NCBI GenBank assembly: GCA_049322675.1
Contig: JBMORM010000025.1
Coordinates: 520-64,519, forward strand
Length of the DNA stretch: 64,000 nucleotides
Direction of reading: 5' to 3'
DNA from: Patescibacteria group bacterium
GTDB taxonomy: Bacteria; Patescibacteriota; JAHJAL01
The position numbers were made by a program, and so were the translations under genes. Below the pieces are notes generated by a model. The model had not been told where the DNA came from. It worked only from the letters and a program-made list of their open reading frames with translations, and did not search any database. Shown in pieces: positions 37,344 through 46,685 of this stretch (position 1 is the first letter of the stretch; each line of letters starts with the position of its first letter).

Positions 37344-38117
37344 ATGTACGGAAAACTGTATCAAACTAGAGGAATAATAATTAAGAAGAGAAATTATCGC
37401 GAAACCGATAAGGTTTTGGTAGTACTTTCGAGAGAGTATGGTCGAATAGAGATATTGGCAAGAGGGGCGAGGAAAACGGGTAATGTTTATTCCGGATTAT
37501 TGGAACCGATGATTGTTGGTGATTTTTATTTGAGTAAGGGTAGGACTTGGGATACTATTAATGATATGACTTTGGTAAATGATTATTCTCAGTATTTGGG
37601 AAAGAAGAATCTGGTTGTCTATAAGGGAGTATCATTTATTTTGGATATTTTGTATAAAATTTCGGTAATTGATAAAGACGAAAAAAGTTATTTTGGTTTA
37701 CTTATGACGTATTTGGAAGGACTGGTAAATGATTTCCAAGTATTACAAAATTCTGATAAGATGAAAATGTATTTATGTTCGTTTATTTTGTCGGTATTGG
37801 CTCTTTCCGGTCGTTTGCCTTGTTTTTTGGGTTGTACAATATGTTCCAGTCAGGATTGTCGGGATGGGGATGGTTGGAATTTGTCTTGTCAGGGCTTGGT
37901 TCATAGATATTGCTTGGCCAACAGGGATTTTTTTGAACCAACTTTGGTCTTGTCGGAAAGAGATAAAGTGAATTTGGAAAATTTGTTGGTGCTTCCGGGA
38001 GGAAAATTTATTTTGGAAGATATTGATCGGTATGAAATTGATAAATTGTATTTGGTAAGTTCTTTCTTGTTGTCAGCATATTTAGGAAAAGATGTGGGAA
38101 TGGAAGTTTTTAATTGA
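37344..38117 (+). CDS. recO: DNA repair protein RecO
   Basis: It has an N-terminal OB fold, GIIIKKRNYRETDKVLVVLSREYGRIEILARGARK. A Cys cluster, CxxC...C, lies in the C-domain. Confidence 0.75.
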   Translation: MYGKLYQTRGIIIKKRNYRETDKVLVVLSREYGRIEILARGARKTGNVYSGLLEPMIVGDFYLSKGRTWDTINDMTLVNDYSQYLGKKNLVVYKGVSFILDILYKISVIDKDEKSYFGLLMTYLEGLVNDFQVLQNSDKMKMYLCSFILSVLALSGRLPCFLGCTICSSQDCRDGDGWNLSCQGLVHRYCLANRDFFEPTLVLSERDKVNLENLLVLPGGKFILEDIDRYEIDKLYLVSSFLLSAYLGKDVGMEVFN

Positions 38118-38157
38118 CTGCAAATTGGAGGGCGGTTTAGTTGTTGAGAATTTTTTT

Positions 38158-39111
38158 ATGGAATATTTGGTTTTGTTGGGTGGGGGAAGGTCTGATGAAA
38201 GATTAATAGCAAAAAGAACTTTGCGGGATATTCGTCAAGTTTTGGAGCCGTTGATTCCAGTTAAAATAATGTGGTTGGATGAGCATGGGGGGATGTGGGT
38301 TGGAAAAGGTGATGGATGGCAGACGGCTTGTATCAATCAGGGAATGATTTTTGAGACAAATTGTCAGGAAATGGTGATTGGGAAAACGGTGGGAGAAAAG
38401 ATTCAGCAAGTGTGGCCGGTAGTTTTTGGAAAAAGTTATGGTTGGTCAGGAATAGCAAGTATAGTAAGGTTTGGAGGATGTCGTCAGATTGGTACTAGCA
38501 GTATTCTGTCGATTCTTTTGCGGGATAATCAGATTGCTAGTCGAATTTTGACGGAATATTCGTTTACGGAATCCGGATTTGTGATAAATGAGAAAGAGTG
38601 GGTGGAAAATCGTTCGGTCGTAGTCGAGAATGCAATAAAAGAGTTGAAATTTCCGATAGAAATATGTGCAAAAGATTATAAACAGAGGGTGTCTTTGCCG
38701 GAAACATTGGAAAATTTTTTGGTTCAAATATTTGAAGATGAAAATGATCTTGATAAAATATTATTAAAGGAAATAGTTGAAGGTGAAAGAGAAATGGTAA
38801 TTGGTTTTGTAGGGCGTAAAAATTGGTTGCCTTCGAAATCGATGGTTAAAGTAAATCAAGAGTGGAATTTGTATGAAGATGCGACAGAGAGTCGGTTGGT
38901 TCAGGATATGATTATGGATTTTGTATCAAAATATGATGTTAGTGATTATGGTTTATTATATCTAAAAAAGAATCAAAATGGTTTTTTTGTCGATACGATT
39001 GAACTGTTTCCTGATTTGTCGAGGCAAGGAATATATGCAAAAGTGTGGCAAAAGTCTGGTTTGGAGTATGATGATCTTATCAAAAAAATCTATATGGAAA
39101 GTATAAAATAA
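38158..39111 (+). CDS. Divergent D-alanine--D-alanine ligase-like ATP-grasp protein
   Basis: Ddl-like blocks are LVLLGGGRS, VWPVVFGKSYGWSGIASIVRF, GEREMVIGFVGR and the C-terminal YLKKNQNGFFVDTIELFPDLSRQGIYAKVWQKSGLEYDDLIKKI. The latter matches the Ddl C-terminal pattern R.DF...G.Y..E.NT.PG...S..P......G.S...LI. GWSG replaces the canonical GEDG loop. Confidence 0.45.
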   Translation: MEYLVLLGGGRSDERLIAKRTLRDIRQVLEPLIPVKIMWLDEHGGMWVGKGDGWQTACINQGMIFETNCQEMVIGKTVGEKIQQVWPVVFGKSYGWSGIASIVRFGGCRQIGTSSILSILLRDNQIASRILTEYSFTESGFVINEKEWVENRSVVVENAIKELKFPIEICAKDYKQRVSLPETLENFLVQIFEDENDLDKILLKEIVEGEREMVIGFVGRKNWLPSKSMVKVNQEWNLYEDATESRLVQDMIMDFVSKYDVSDYGLLYLKKNQNGFFVDTIELFPDLSRQGIYAKVWQKSGLEYDDLIKKIYMESIK

Positions 39112-39121
39112 GGAGTAGGTT

Positions 39122-40510
39122 ATGACCGAAATTACTATGGAAAAGATTGTGTCGTGGGCAAAACGAAGGGGTTTTGTTTTTCCTTCATCTGAAATATATG
39201 GCGGATTTTCTAGTAGCTATGATTATGGCCCATTGGGGGTGGAGTTGATAAATAATATCAAGAATTTGTGGTGGCAAAAGATGGTTCATGAAAGAGAAGA
39301 TGTAGAGGGTATTGATGGTGCAATTATTACTCATCCGAAAGTATGGGAAGCATCTGGTCATGTGGAAAATTTTACTGATCCTTTGGTTGATTGCCGTAGT
39401 TGTAAAAAGAGATTTCGGGCTGATAAAATACTGGAAGATAAATTTGGGGTGGAAAGAGTGGCTGGAAAGTCTTTGGCGGAAATTGGGGAGATGCTGAGAG
39501 AAGAAGAAGTGCCTTGCCCCCATTGTGGATTGGTCGATTGGACTGATGTTCGAAAATTTAATTTGTTGTTGGAGACAAATATTGGAGTAACGGAAGAAGA
39601 CCGAAAAAAAATATATTTGAGAGGAGAAACTTGTCAGACTATATATTTGAATTGGGAAAATGTACTAAATACTTCAAGACAAAAACTTCCCTTTGGTATT
39701 GCCCAGATTGGTAAAGCCTTTAGAAATGAGATTACTCCCGGAAATTTTATTTTTCGGACGAGGGAGTTTGAGCAGATGGAAATGCAATATTTTGTTTCTC
39801 CCGAGTCGGCTGATTCTTGGTATGAGTATTGGAAAAATGAACGGACAAAATACATGATCGAGGAAATTGGTTTGAATAAAGACAAACTTCATTTGAGACA
39901 GCATGCCAAGGATGAAAGAGCTCATTATGCCAAGGATGCTTTTGATTTGGAATATAACACTCCTTGGGGTTGGTGGGAGTTTGAAGGTTTGCATCATCGA
40001 GGTGATTGGGATTTGAGCCGGCATGGTATGTTTTCTGGCAAAAAGATAGAATATTTTGATCAAGAAATGAACAAGAAATATATTCCTTGGGTGATTGAGA
40101 CTTCGGGGGGAGTAGGACGTTTGGCTTTGGTTACGATGTTGGATGCTTACACTGAGGAGGAGATTGCAAATGGGAAAGAAAAAGAGGTGAGGGTAGTGAT
40201 GAAATTTGGTAAAAAAATTGCTCCGATCAAAGTTGCGGTTTTGCCGTTGATGAAGAAAGAAAATCTTGTTGAGTTTGCCAGAAAAATATTTGATAAATTG
40301 AAGAAAAAATATGTTTGTCAGTTTGATCTTACTCAATCAATCGGCAAACGATATCGTCGTCAGGATGAGATTGGTACTCCATATTGCGTGACGGTTGATT
40401 TTGATAGTTTGGATGATAATATGGTGACAGTGAGAGAAAGAGATTCGATGCAGCAATCTCGAATAGAAATAGCTAAGTTGGATGATTTTCTTTCTGAAAA
40501 CCTTGGTTAA
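39122..40510 (+). CDS. glyQS: Glycine--tRNA ligase (class II, alpha2 GlyQS type)
   Basis: Class II motifs are present, including FRNEITPGNFIFRTREFEQMEMQYFV. A C-terminal anticodon-binding domain is present. It is 462 aa. Confidence 0.9.
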   Translation: MTEITMEKIVSWAKRRGFVFPSSEIYGGFSSSYDYGPLGVELINNIKNLWWQKMVHEREDVEGIDGAIITHPKVWEASGHVENFTDPLVDCRSCKKRFRADKILEDKFGVERVAGKSLAEIGEMLREEEVPCPHCGLVDWTDVRKFNLLLETNIGVTEEDRKKIYLRGETCQTIYLNWENVLNTSRQKLPFGIAQIGKAFRNEITPGNFIFRTREFEQMEMQYFVSPESADSWYEYWKNERTKYMIEEIGLNKDKLHLRQHAKDERAHYAKDAFDLEYNTPWGWWEFEGLHHRGDWDLSRHGMFSGKKIEYFDQEMNKKYIPWVIETSGGVGRLALVTMLDAYTEEEIANGKEKEVRVVMKFGKKIAPIKVAVLPLMKKENLVEFARKIFDKLKKKYVCQFDLTQSIGKRYRRQDEIGTPYCVTVDFDSLDDNMVTVRERDSMQQSRIEIAKLDDFLSENLG

Positions 40511-40523
40511 TATAATTTGGTTT

Positions 40524-40563
40524 GAAATGGTCCTCGGATTTTTTTCGAGGACCATTTTTTTTG
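40524..40563 (+). terminator. Rho-independent terminator after glyQS
   Basis: AAATGGTCCTCG-gattttttt-CGAGGACCATTT forms the hairpin. It is followed by a T8 run. Confidence 0.8.
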
Positions 40564-40663
40564 TGAGGAAAATATGTTGTTTGTTGATGGAAAATTTTTT
40601 TCTGTGGATAAATCGTTAATAAATGTGTTGACGAGTGGGGAATAATTAAAATAAGATAGATAT

Positions 40664-40700
40664 GAAGTGGAGTGAAGTGGTAGGAAGTGGTAAATAGTGG
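40664..40700 (+). promoter_or_regulatory. Putative MraZ operator: four direct repeats (G/A)AAGTGG spaced exactly 10 bp
   Basis: GAAGTGG occurs at 40664, 40674 and 40684. ATAGTGG occurs at 40694. The repeats end 15 bp upstream of the mraZ ATG. A -35-like TTGACG at 40628 sits upstream. Confidence 0.55.
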
Positions 40701-40715
40701 TTTAAAAATATTAAT

Positions 40716-41147
40716 ATGTTTTTGGGTGAATTTTTTCATAGTGTGGATGATAAAGGTAGGGTGGCTATGCCGGCGAAGTATCGTGATCAAATCGAAAAAG
40801 GAGCAATTTTGACACGTGGAAATGACGCTTCTCTGACAATCTATTTGATAAACGAGTGGGAAAAATTGGTGGAGAAGTTGATGAAATTGCCGCAATCAAA
40901 AACAGATGTTCGAAATTATGCTCGTTTGGTGTTGGCGGGAGCAGTGGAAATAAAACTGGATAAACAAGGTAGAATTAATATTCCTAAGTATTTGTTGGAT
41001 TTTGCCCAGATCAATAAAAAGGTAGTATTTGTAGGTTTGTATGACAAGGTTGAGATTTGGGATGAGCAGCGCTGGATGGACTATCGGCAAGAGATTGAGA
41101 GTCAGTCGACTGATGTTTTGGGGCAGTTGGGTGAGTTTGGGATATGA
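40716..41147 (+). CDS. mraZ: Transcriptional regulator MraZ
   Basis: The N-terminus is MFLGEFFHSVDDKGRVAMPAKYR. It has duplicated MraZ/SpoVT-AbrB-like halves, with DKQGRINIP. Confidence 0.95.
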   Translation: MFLGEFFHSVDDKGRVAMPAKYRDQIEKGAILTRGNDASLTIYLINEWEKLVEKLMKLPQSKTDVRNYARLVLAGAVEIKLDKQGRINIPKYLLDFAQINKKVVFVGLYDKVEIWDEQRWMDYRQEIESQSTDVLGQLGEFGI

Positions 41148-41286
41148 TTGCTAAGTATGATTTTTAAAAATTTGATTTGTGATTTGAGAAAAATAATTAG
41201 TGGCTGTAGGTGGTAACAATTCACCTCCAAACTCCCCATCTATAGTTGCTAATTATTGTTTTTAGCTCACAAGAATAATAGTAATT

Positions 41287-42210
41287 ATGGATAAAATTCA
41301 TATTCCGGTTTTGTTGGAAGAGGTCAATAATATTTTGGATTTGAAAAAAGGTGATAGTTATATTGATTGTACTTTTGGAGCGGGAGGTCATGCCAAGGAG
41401 AGTTGGAAAAGAGTGGGAGCGGAAGGTAAGATTTTGGGTTTGGAAAGAGATACGGAACTAATAAGTCACATTATTCCGGGATGGAAAAATAGAAAAAATG
41501 TAAAGATAGTAAATCGTTGTTTTTCTGAATTGGCGGAAGTGGTAGAGGAAGAAAAATTTGGTCGAGCTGATGGAGTATTATTGGATCTTGGAGTTTCAAG
41601 TTGGCAGTTGGATAAGTCAGATAGGGGATTTTCGTTTGCTCGGGCGGCGGCGTTGGATATGAGGATGGGAAGAGGAAGTTTGACGGCGGCGGATTTTTTG
41701 AATAAGGCTGATCAGGATGAGATGAAGGAAGTGTTTTTAAAATATGGTGAAATCAGGAATTGTCAAAATATTGTTGATGCGATTATCAAAAATAGGCAGA
41801 TTAAAAAAATTGAAACCGTTGATGATTTGATAAATTGTTTGTCGGAGTTGAAAATTAAAAAAAATAGTTCTAGGAACCTGTTGGCGCGGATTTGGCAGTC
41901 GATTCGGATGAAGGTAAATAATGAAATAAATGAATTGTTGAGTGTTTTGCCACAAGCTGTTGATGTATTGAAACCTGGAGGAAGATTGGTCGTAATCAGT
42001 TTTCATTCGGGGGAAGATCGGATCGTGAAAGATTTTTTTAACAAAATGAGTCGCGGTTGTGTTTGTCCTCCAGATTTTCCGAAGTGTGTATGCGAGACCA
42101 GACCGGTATTGAGGATTTTGACAAAGAAGGCCGTGGGGCCGACGAAAAAAGAGTTGGGAATAAATTCTCGCTCTAGCAGCGCGAAGCTGAGAGCGGTTAT
42201 GAAAATATAA
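41287..42210 (+). CDS. rsmH: 16S rRNA (cytosine1402-N4)-methyltransferase
   Basis: The SAM motif is IDCTFGAGGHA. It also has DLGVSSWQLD and SFHSGEDRIVK. Confidence 0.95.
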   Translation: MDKIHIPVLLEEVNNILDLKKGDSYIDCTFGAGGHAKESWKRVGAEGKILGLERDTELISHIIPGWKNRKNVKIVNRCFSELAEVVEEEKFGRADGVLLDLGVSSWQLDKSDRGFSFARAAALDMRMGRGSLTAADFLNKADQDEMKEVFLKYGEIRNCQNIVDAIIKNRQIKKIETVDDLINCLSELKIKKNSSRNLLARIWQSIRMKVNNEINELLSVLPQAVDVLKPGGRLVVISFHSGEDRIVKDFFNKMSRGCVCPPDFPKCVCETRPVLRILTKKAVGPTKKELGINSRSSSAKLRAVMKI

Positions 42211-42219
42211 GGAGAGGGA

Positions 42220-42555
42220 ATGACAAAGAATCAAAAAGAGATGGAGCAAATGTTTTCCGGGGTACAGAAAAACCGGATTGCTTCCAGATTTGCCTTGGGT
42301 CCTGTGTCGTTGCAGTTTGTAACAATCGTTCTACTGGCAATGTTTAGCCTATTTTATTTACTGCAAAATAATCAATTGACGACTCAGGGTTATAAAGTGG
42401 CGCAGATGAAAGATGAACAGGTCGAATTGTTGCAGGAAAATGAAAAGTATCAAGTGGAAGCGGCAAGATTGCAATCATTGGACGCGATCAAGGATAGGGT
42501 GAAAAATTTGGAGATGGAAGCGGTTGGTAGCGTAAAATATTTGGCGGTAAAGTAA
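42220..42555 (+). CDS. ftsL: FtsL-like cell division protein (bitopic, coiled coil)
   Basis: It is 111 aa with a single TM helix and a heptad-rich ectodomain. Its position between rsmH and ftsI supports the call. Confidence 0.5.
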   Translation: MTKNQKEMEQMFSGVQKNRIASRFALGPVSLQFVTIVLLAMFSLFYLLQNNQLTTQGYKVAQMKDEQVELLQENEKYQVEAARLQSLDAIKDRVKNLEMEAVGSVKYLAVK

Positions 42556-42643
42556 TATAATATTTAAAAAATCGAAATTGAAAGCAACTATCTTTTTTTG
42601 CATAATGGGGAGAGGAGATAATGTGCTTTGAGCTTCGATTTTT

Positions 42644-44371
42644 TTGTTTATGGCGAATATTCAAATAGATCATATATCGAATCGGATAAATCTGGCGGCA
42701 GCAGCGGGGTTGTGTTTGTATTTGTTGTTGATTGGAAAAATATATACCAAGCAGATTATGCAGCATGATCATTATTTGTCTTTGGCTACTAGTCAGCATT
42801 TGTGGCAGGAGGAAGAAAAAGCCAGGCGGGGACAAATTTATGATATCAATGGTTATCCTTTGGCTGCCAATTTGTCATTGCCGGCCTTGGAGATAATTCC
42901 TAATCAGGTGGACGATGCAGAATATGCAGCAAGAAAAATATCGACGGTAATGCATTTGAGCCGACAGGAGGAGAGTGATATTAAGGCAAAAATAGCAACC
43001 AAAGCTTTGTATATGCCTCCCATTAAGCACAAGTTGACTGATGAGGAGACTAAGGAGATAAAGGAATTGGGTTTGGGGGGAGTATTGTTGCTACCGGAAG
43101 ACTGGCGTTTTTATCCGGAGGGTAGTTTGGGGGCGCAGGTAGTTGGTTTCTTGGATTATGAGGGTGAAGGACAATATGGTATTGAGGGATATTTCAATGA
43201 TGAATTGATGGGAAGTTCCGGTTTTGTTCAGTCATACAAGGATTTGACCGGTAGAGAGATATCTGATAGCCAGGAAGTGTTGGAAAAAGTGAGACAAGGA
43301 TTGAATTTATATCTAACCATAGATCGTACAGTACAGTATTTTGTTGAGGCTAAATTGAAAGAGGCGGTTGAACGTTATCAGGCGGACGGTGGGTCGGTGG
43401 TTATCGTTGATCCAAAGACAGGAAAAGTGATTGCTATGGCTAATTATCCCACCTACAATCCCAATGAATATGGCAAAGTGGAAAATTATGATAGTTTCAA
43501 TAACGGTATTGTTTCTTCAAGCTGGGAACCTGGTTCTGTTTTCAAGGTGATAACAATGGCGGCGGCGATTGATAAAGATCTTATTACGCCTGATACCGCT
43601 GAAACTTTTGGGGCAAGTATCAAGGTGTTGGACAGAGAGATATGGAATTCAGAAAGACGACCTTATGGAAGAGAGACTATGACGCAGGTTTTAGAAAATT
43701 CAGATAACGTAGGTATGGTTTGGGTGGGGCAAAAATTGGGAAAGGACAATTTTTACAATTATTTGTACAAGTTTGGTTTTGGTGATCCGACTAATATTGA
43801 TTTACCAAATGAATCTGCCGGATCGGTGGTTGATAAAAGTGCAGTGTCGGAAGTTGATTTGGCGACGATGACTTTTGGTCAGGGTATTGCAGTGACGCCG
43901 ATTCAGATGGTGACAGCGGTGGGAGTGATTGCCAATGGCGGTTATTTGCGTAAGCCCTATATCGTCGATAAGATTATGACAGTTGATGGCAAGGAGGTGA
44001 AAGTGGAGCCGGAGATTACTAGGTCGGTTTTGGACCCTGACTCCGCCAATTCGGTTACAGCGATGATGGTGGCGGTAGTGGAAAATGGTCATGGAAAACA
44101 AGCAGGAGTGGATGGATATTATGTGGCAGGAAAGACTGGTACAGCTCAAGTACCTATCAATGGCGTTTATGATGCTCACAAAACGATTGGTTCGTTTGTT
44201 GGTTTTGCTCCAGCGTTGGATCCTAAGTTTGTGATGTTGGTTAAAATCGATGTTCCCAAAACTACCGAGTGGGCGGAAAGTTCGGCTGCTCCAGTTTTTG
44301 GCGAGATCGCAAAATTTATGTTGGACTATTATATGGTGCCGCCTGATCGTCATGATCAGGGGGAAAAATAA
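42644..44371 (+). CDS. ftsI: Class B penicillin-binding protein (FtsI/PBP2-type transpeptidase)
   Basis: It has an N-terminal TM helix and a PBP dimerisation domain. The transpeptidase motifs are SVFK (SxxK), SDN and KTGTA. Confidence 0.9.
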   Translation: MFMANIQIDHISNRINLAAAAGLCLYLLLIGKIYTKQIMQHDHYLSLATSQHLWQEEEKARRGQIYDINGYPLAANLSLPALEIIPNQVDDAEYAARKISTVMHLSRQEESDIKAKIATKALYMPPIKHKLTDEETKEIKELGLGGVLLLPEDWRFYPEGSLGAQVVGFLDYEGEGQYGIEGYFNDELMGSSGFVQSYKDLTGREISDSQEVLEKVRQGLNLYLTIDRTVQYFVEAKLKEAVERYQADGGSVVIVDPKTGKVIAMANYPTYNPNEYGKVENYDSFNNGIVSSSWEPGSVFKVITMAAAIDKDLITPDTAETFGASIKVLDREIWNSERRPYGRETMTQVLENSDNVGMVWVGQKLGKDNFYNYLYKFGFGDPTNIDLPNESAGSVVDKSAVSEVDLATMTFGQGIAVTPIQMVTAVGVIANGGYLRKPYIVDKIMTVDGKEVKVEPEITRSVLDPDSANSVTAMMVAVVENGHGKQAGVDGYYVAGKTGTAQVPINGVYDAHKTIGSFVGFAPALDPKFVMLVKIDVPKTTEWAESSAAPVFGEIAKFMLDYYMVPPDRHDQGEK

Positions 44372-44373
44372 TT

Positions 44374-45630
44374 ATGGTAAAAAATATTTGGCGAGGTTTT
44401 CTGGCACAAATATTGGGCAGACAAGCTGATTTTTTGTTGAAAAAATTTCAACCAATGGTGGTTGGCGTGACTGGTAGTGTTGGTAAAACGATGACAAAAG
44501 AATTAATATATACTGTTTTACGAGAGAAAAATGACACGATCAGAAACGAAGGAAATTTTAATAATGAAATTGGTGTACCATTGTCGATTATTGGTTTGGA
44601 TAAACCTCAGGGCGTAGTTGATTGGTTGGGTTTTTTAGCAAAAGTTGATTCGGAGATAAAAAAACGAAAAAATTTTCCAGCCTATTTGGTTTTAGAATTG
44701 GGGGCGGATAGGCAAGGAGATATAAAAAAATTGTGTAAGTTGGTGAGGCCGACGATAGGCGTTGTAACTACTGTTGGTGCTTCACATTTGGAATATTTTT
44801 TGACAATGAAAAATATAGTCAAGGAGAAGAGATCTTTGATTGAATCTTTGCCCAAACATGGTTGGGCAATTTTAAATTATGATGATAATAATGTTTTGCG
44901 AATGAGGACCAAGACCAAGGCGAAAGTTTTGACTTATGGTTATAAAGATGGAGCTGATTTGCGAGCAGCCAATGTGACTTTTGATTTTTCTGGTACTTTT
45001 TTCAAGTTGGTTTATCAAGGAAGTATGATTCCGGTCAAAATTAATAATGTTGGTTATCCTTATGTCAAAGCTTCTTTGGCGGCAATTGCGGTTGGTTTGG
45101 CGGTAGGGATGGAAATAATCGATATTGTTAATGGTTTGTCAAAATTGGGCAAGGTTCCCGGCAGAATGAATTTTTTGGAAGGGGAAAGAGATATCATGAT
45201 CTTGGATGACACTTACAATGCAAGTCCAACTTCGATGTTGGCCGCTTTTGATACAATTCGTGCTTTGAAAATAAAAAAGAGAAAAGTGGCGATTTTGGGA
45301 AGCATGTGGGAATTGGGAAAAGAAGAGGAAAAAGGACATATAGAAGTGGGAAAAATGGCTGGTAAAATTTTTGATGAGGTGGTGTTGTTGGAAAAGAATT
45401 CTAATTTTTATGAAAAAGGTTTATTGCAGAGTAAGATCGCGAGGGAAAAGATTCACCTTTTTTCAACAATTGATGTTTTATTGGACCATATTGAAAATAT
45501 TGTTTTGCCAGGGGATTTTTTGTTTTTAAAAGGATCCAGATCAAAAAATCATTTGGAAAAAGTGGTAAAATTGTTTATGAGAGAAAAATCACAAGCGGAA
45601 AAATTATTGGTAGCGCATGGCAAAGATTAA
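44374..45630 (+). CDS. murF: UDP-N-acetylmuramoyl-tripeptide--D-alanyl-D-alanine ligase
   Basis: The Mur ligase P-loop is VGVTGSVGKTMTKE. The MurF-type C-terminal motif is ILDDTYNASPTSMLAAF, matching DDSYNANP. Its position is between ftsI and mraY. Confidence 0.7.
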   Translation: MVKNIWRGFLAQILGRQADFLLKKFQPMVVGVTGSVGKTMTKELIYTVLREKNDTIRNEGNFNNEIGVPLSIIGLDKPQGVVDWLGFLAKVDSEIKKRKNFPAYLVLELGADRQGDIKKLCKLVRPTIGVVTTVGASHLEYFLTMKNIVKEKRSLIESLPKHGWAILNYDDNNVLRMRTKTKAKVLTYGYKDGADLRAANVTFDFSGTFFKLVYQGSMIPVKINNVGYPYVKASLAAIAVGLAVGMEIIDIVNGLSKLGKVPGRMNFLEGERDIMILDDTYNASPTSMLAAFDTIRALKIKKRKVAILGSMWELGKEEEKGHIEVGKMAGKIFDEVVLLEKNSNFYEKGLLQSKIAREKIHLFSTIDVLLDHIENIVLPGDFLFLKGSRSKNHLEKVVKLFMREKSQAEKLLVAHGKD

Positions 45631-45641
45631 TTAAAAAATTT

Positions 45642-46685
45642 ATGGCTGATTACAAGATTGAGTTAGTGAGAGTATTAACGATGGCGGTATTATCGTTTTT
45701 GTTGGCGGTAGGTTTGACGCCGGTTTTGACGTTTTTGTTGTATAAATATAAAGTTTGGAAGACACCACAAAAATATAGTTCTTTGGATAAAAAAAAGACG
45801 CCGGTTTATTATCAGTTGCATGCGGCAAAGCATAAGAAGAATGTTCCATTTATGGCTGGGATTTTGATTTGGTTGGTGGTAGCAATATTGACGGTGTTTT
45901 TGAATTTGAGTCGAGAACAGACATATTTGCCTTTGTTTGCTTTAGTGATGACTGGCATTGTCGGATTGGTGGACGATTGGCTCGATTGGAAAAAAATTGG
46001 TCAAACAAAAGGTTTGAGTGCCAAAATGAAGTTTATTTGGATCTTATTGATTGGTATTGGCGGAGGATTGTGGTTTTATTACAAATTGGATTGGAGTTCT
46101 TTGCACGTGCCGATGGTAGGCAGTTTTGATATTGGTTTGTGGTATATTCCTTTGTTTGTGTTAGTTTTGATTTCTTCGGCAAATGCCGTAAATCTAACTG
46201 ATGGATTGGATGGTTTGGCGGCTGGTTTATTGGCGTTGGCTTTTTCCGCTTTTGCGGGAATTGCCTTTTTTCAGGGAAATGTGGGTATTGCGATCTTTTG
46301 TGCGACTATGGTGGGGGCGATATTGGCATTTTTGTGGTTCAATATTTCTCCGGCTCGATTTATGATGGGCGATACCGGTTCTTTGGCGATGGGTGCAACT
46401 TTGGGGGTGGTGGCGATGTTAACTAATAGTGCCTTAATATTGCCTGTTATTGCGTTTGTATTTGTGGTTGAGACTCTTTCGGTAATTGTTCAGCAGTGGT
46501 CGAAAAAGCTGAGAAATGGTAAAAAAGTGTTTTTGTCCACACCGATTCATCTGACTTGTCAGGCGATCGGTTGGTCGGAGGAAAAAGTGGTGATGCGTTT
46601 TTGGGTTATTGGTGCGGTGATGGCAGTTTTGGGATTGGCTTTGGGTCTGATTGGGGGAAACTTTGATATTATTATTCGAAATTAA
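45642..46685 (+). CDS. mraY: Phospho-N-acetylmuramoyl-pentapeptide transferase
   Basis: It has NAVNLTDGLDGLAAG. It has about 10 TM helices and a conserved HHH-like region. Confidence 0.95.
   Translation: MADYKIELVRVLTMAVLSFLLAVGLTPVLTFLLYKYKVWKTPQKYSSLDKKKTPVYYQLHAAKHKKNVPFMAGILIWLVVAILTVFLNLSREQTYLPLFALVMTGIVGLVDDWLDWKKIGQTKGLSAKMKFIWILLIGIGGGLWFYYKLDWSSLHVPMVGSFDIGLWYIPLFVLVLISSANAVNLTDGLDGLAAGLLALAFSAFAGIAFFQGNVGIAIFCATMVGAILAFLWFNISPARFMMGDTGSLAMGATLGVVAMLTNSALILPVIAFVFVVETLSVIVQQWSKKLRNGKKVFLSTPIHLTCQAIGWSEEKVVMRFWVIGAVMAVLGLALGLIGGNFDIIIRN

Noticed and set aside
41148-41286. A small hairpin, AGGTG-gtaacaatt-CACCT, between mraZ and rsmH as a candidate ncRNA.
   Set aside because: It is only a 5-bp stem with no T-run or conservation cue. 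It is most likely fortuitous or a minor attenuator, and there is not enough evidence to call it.
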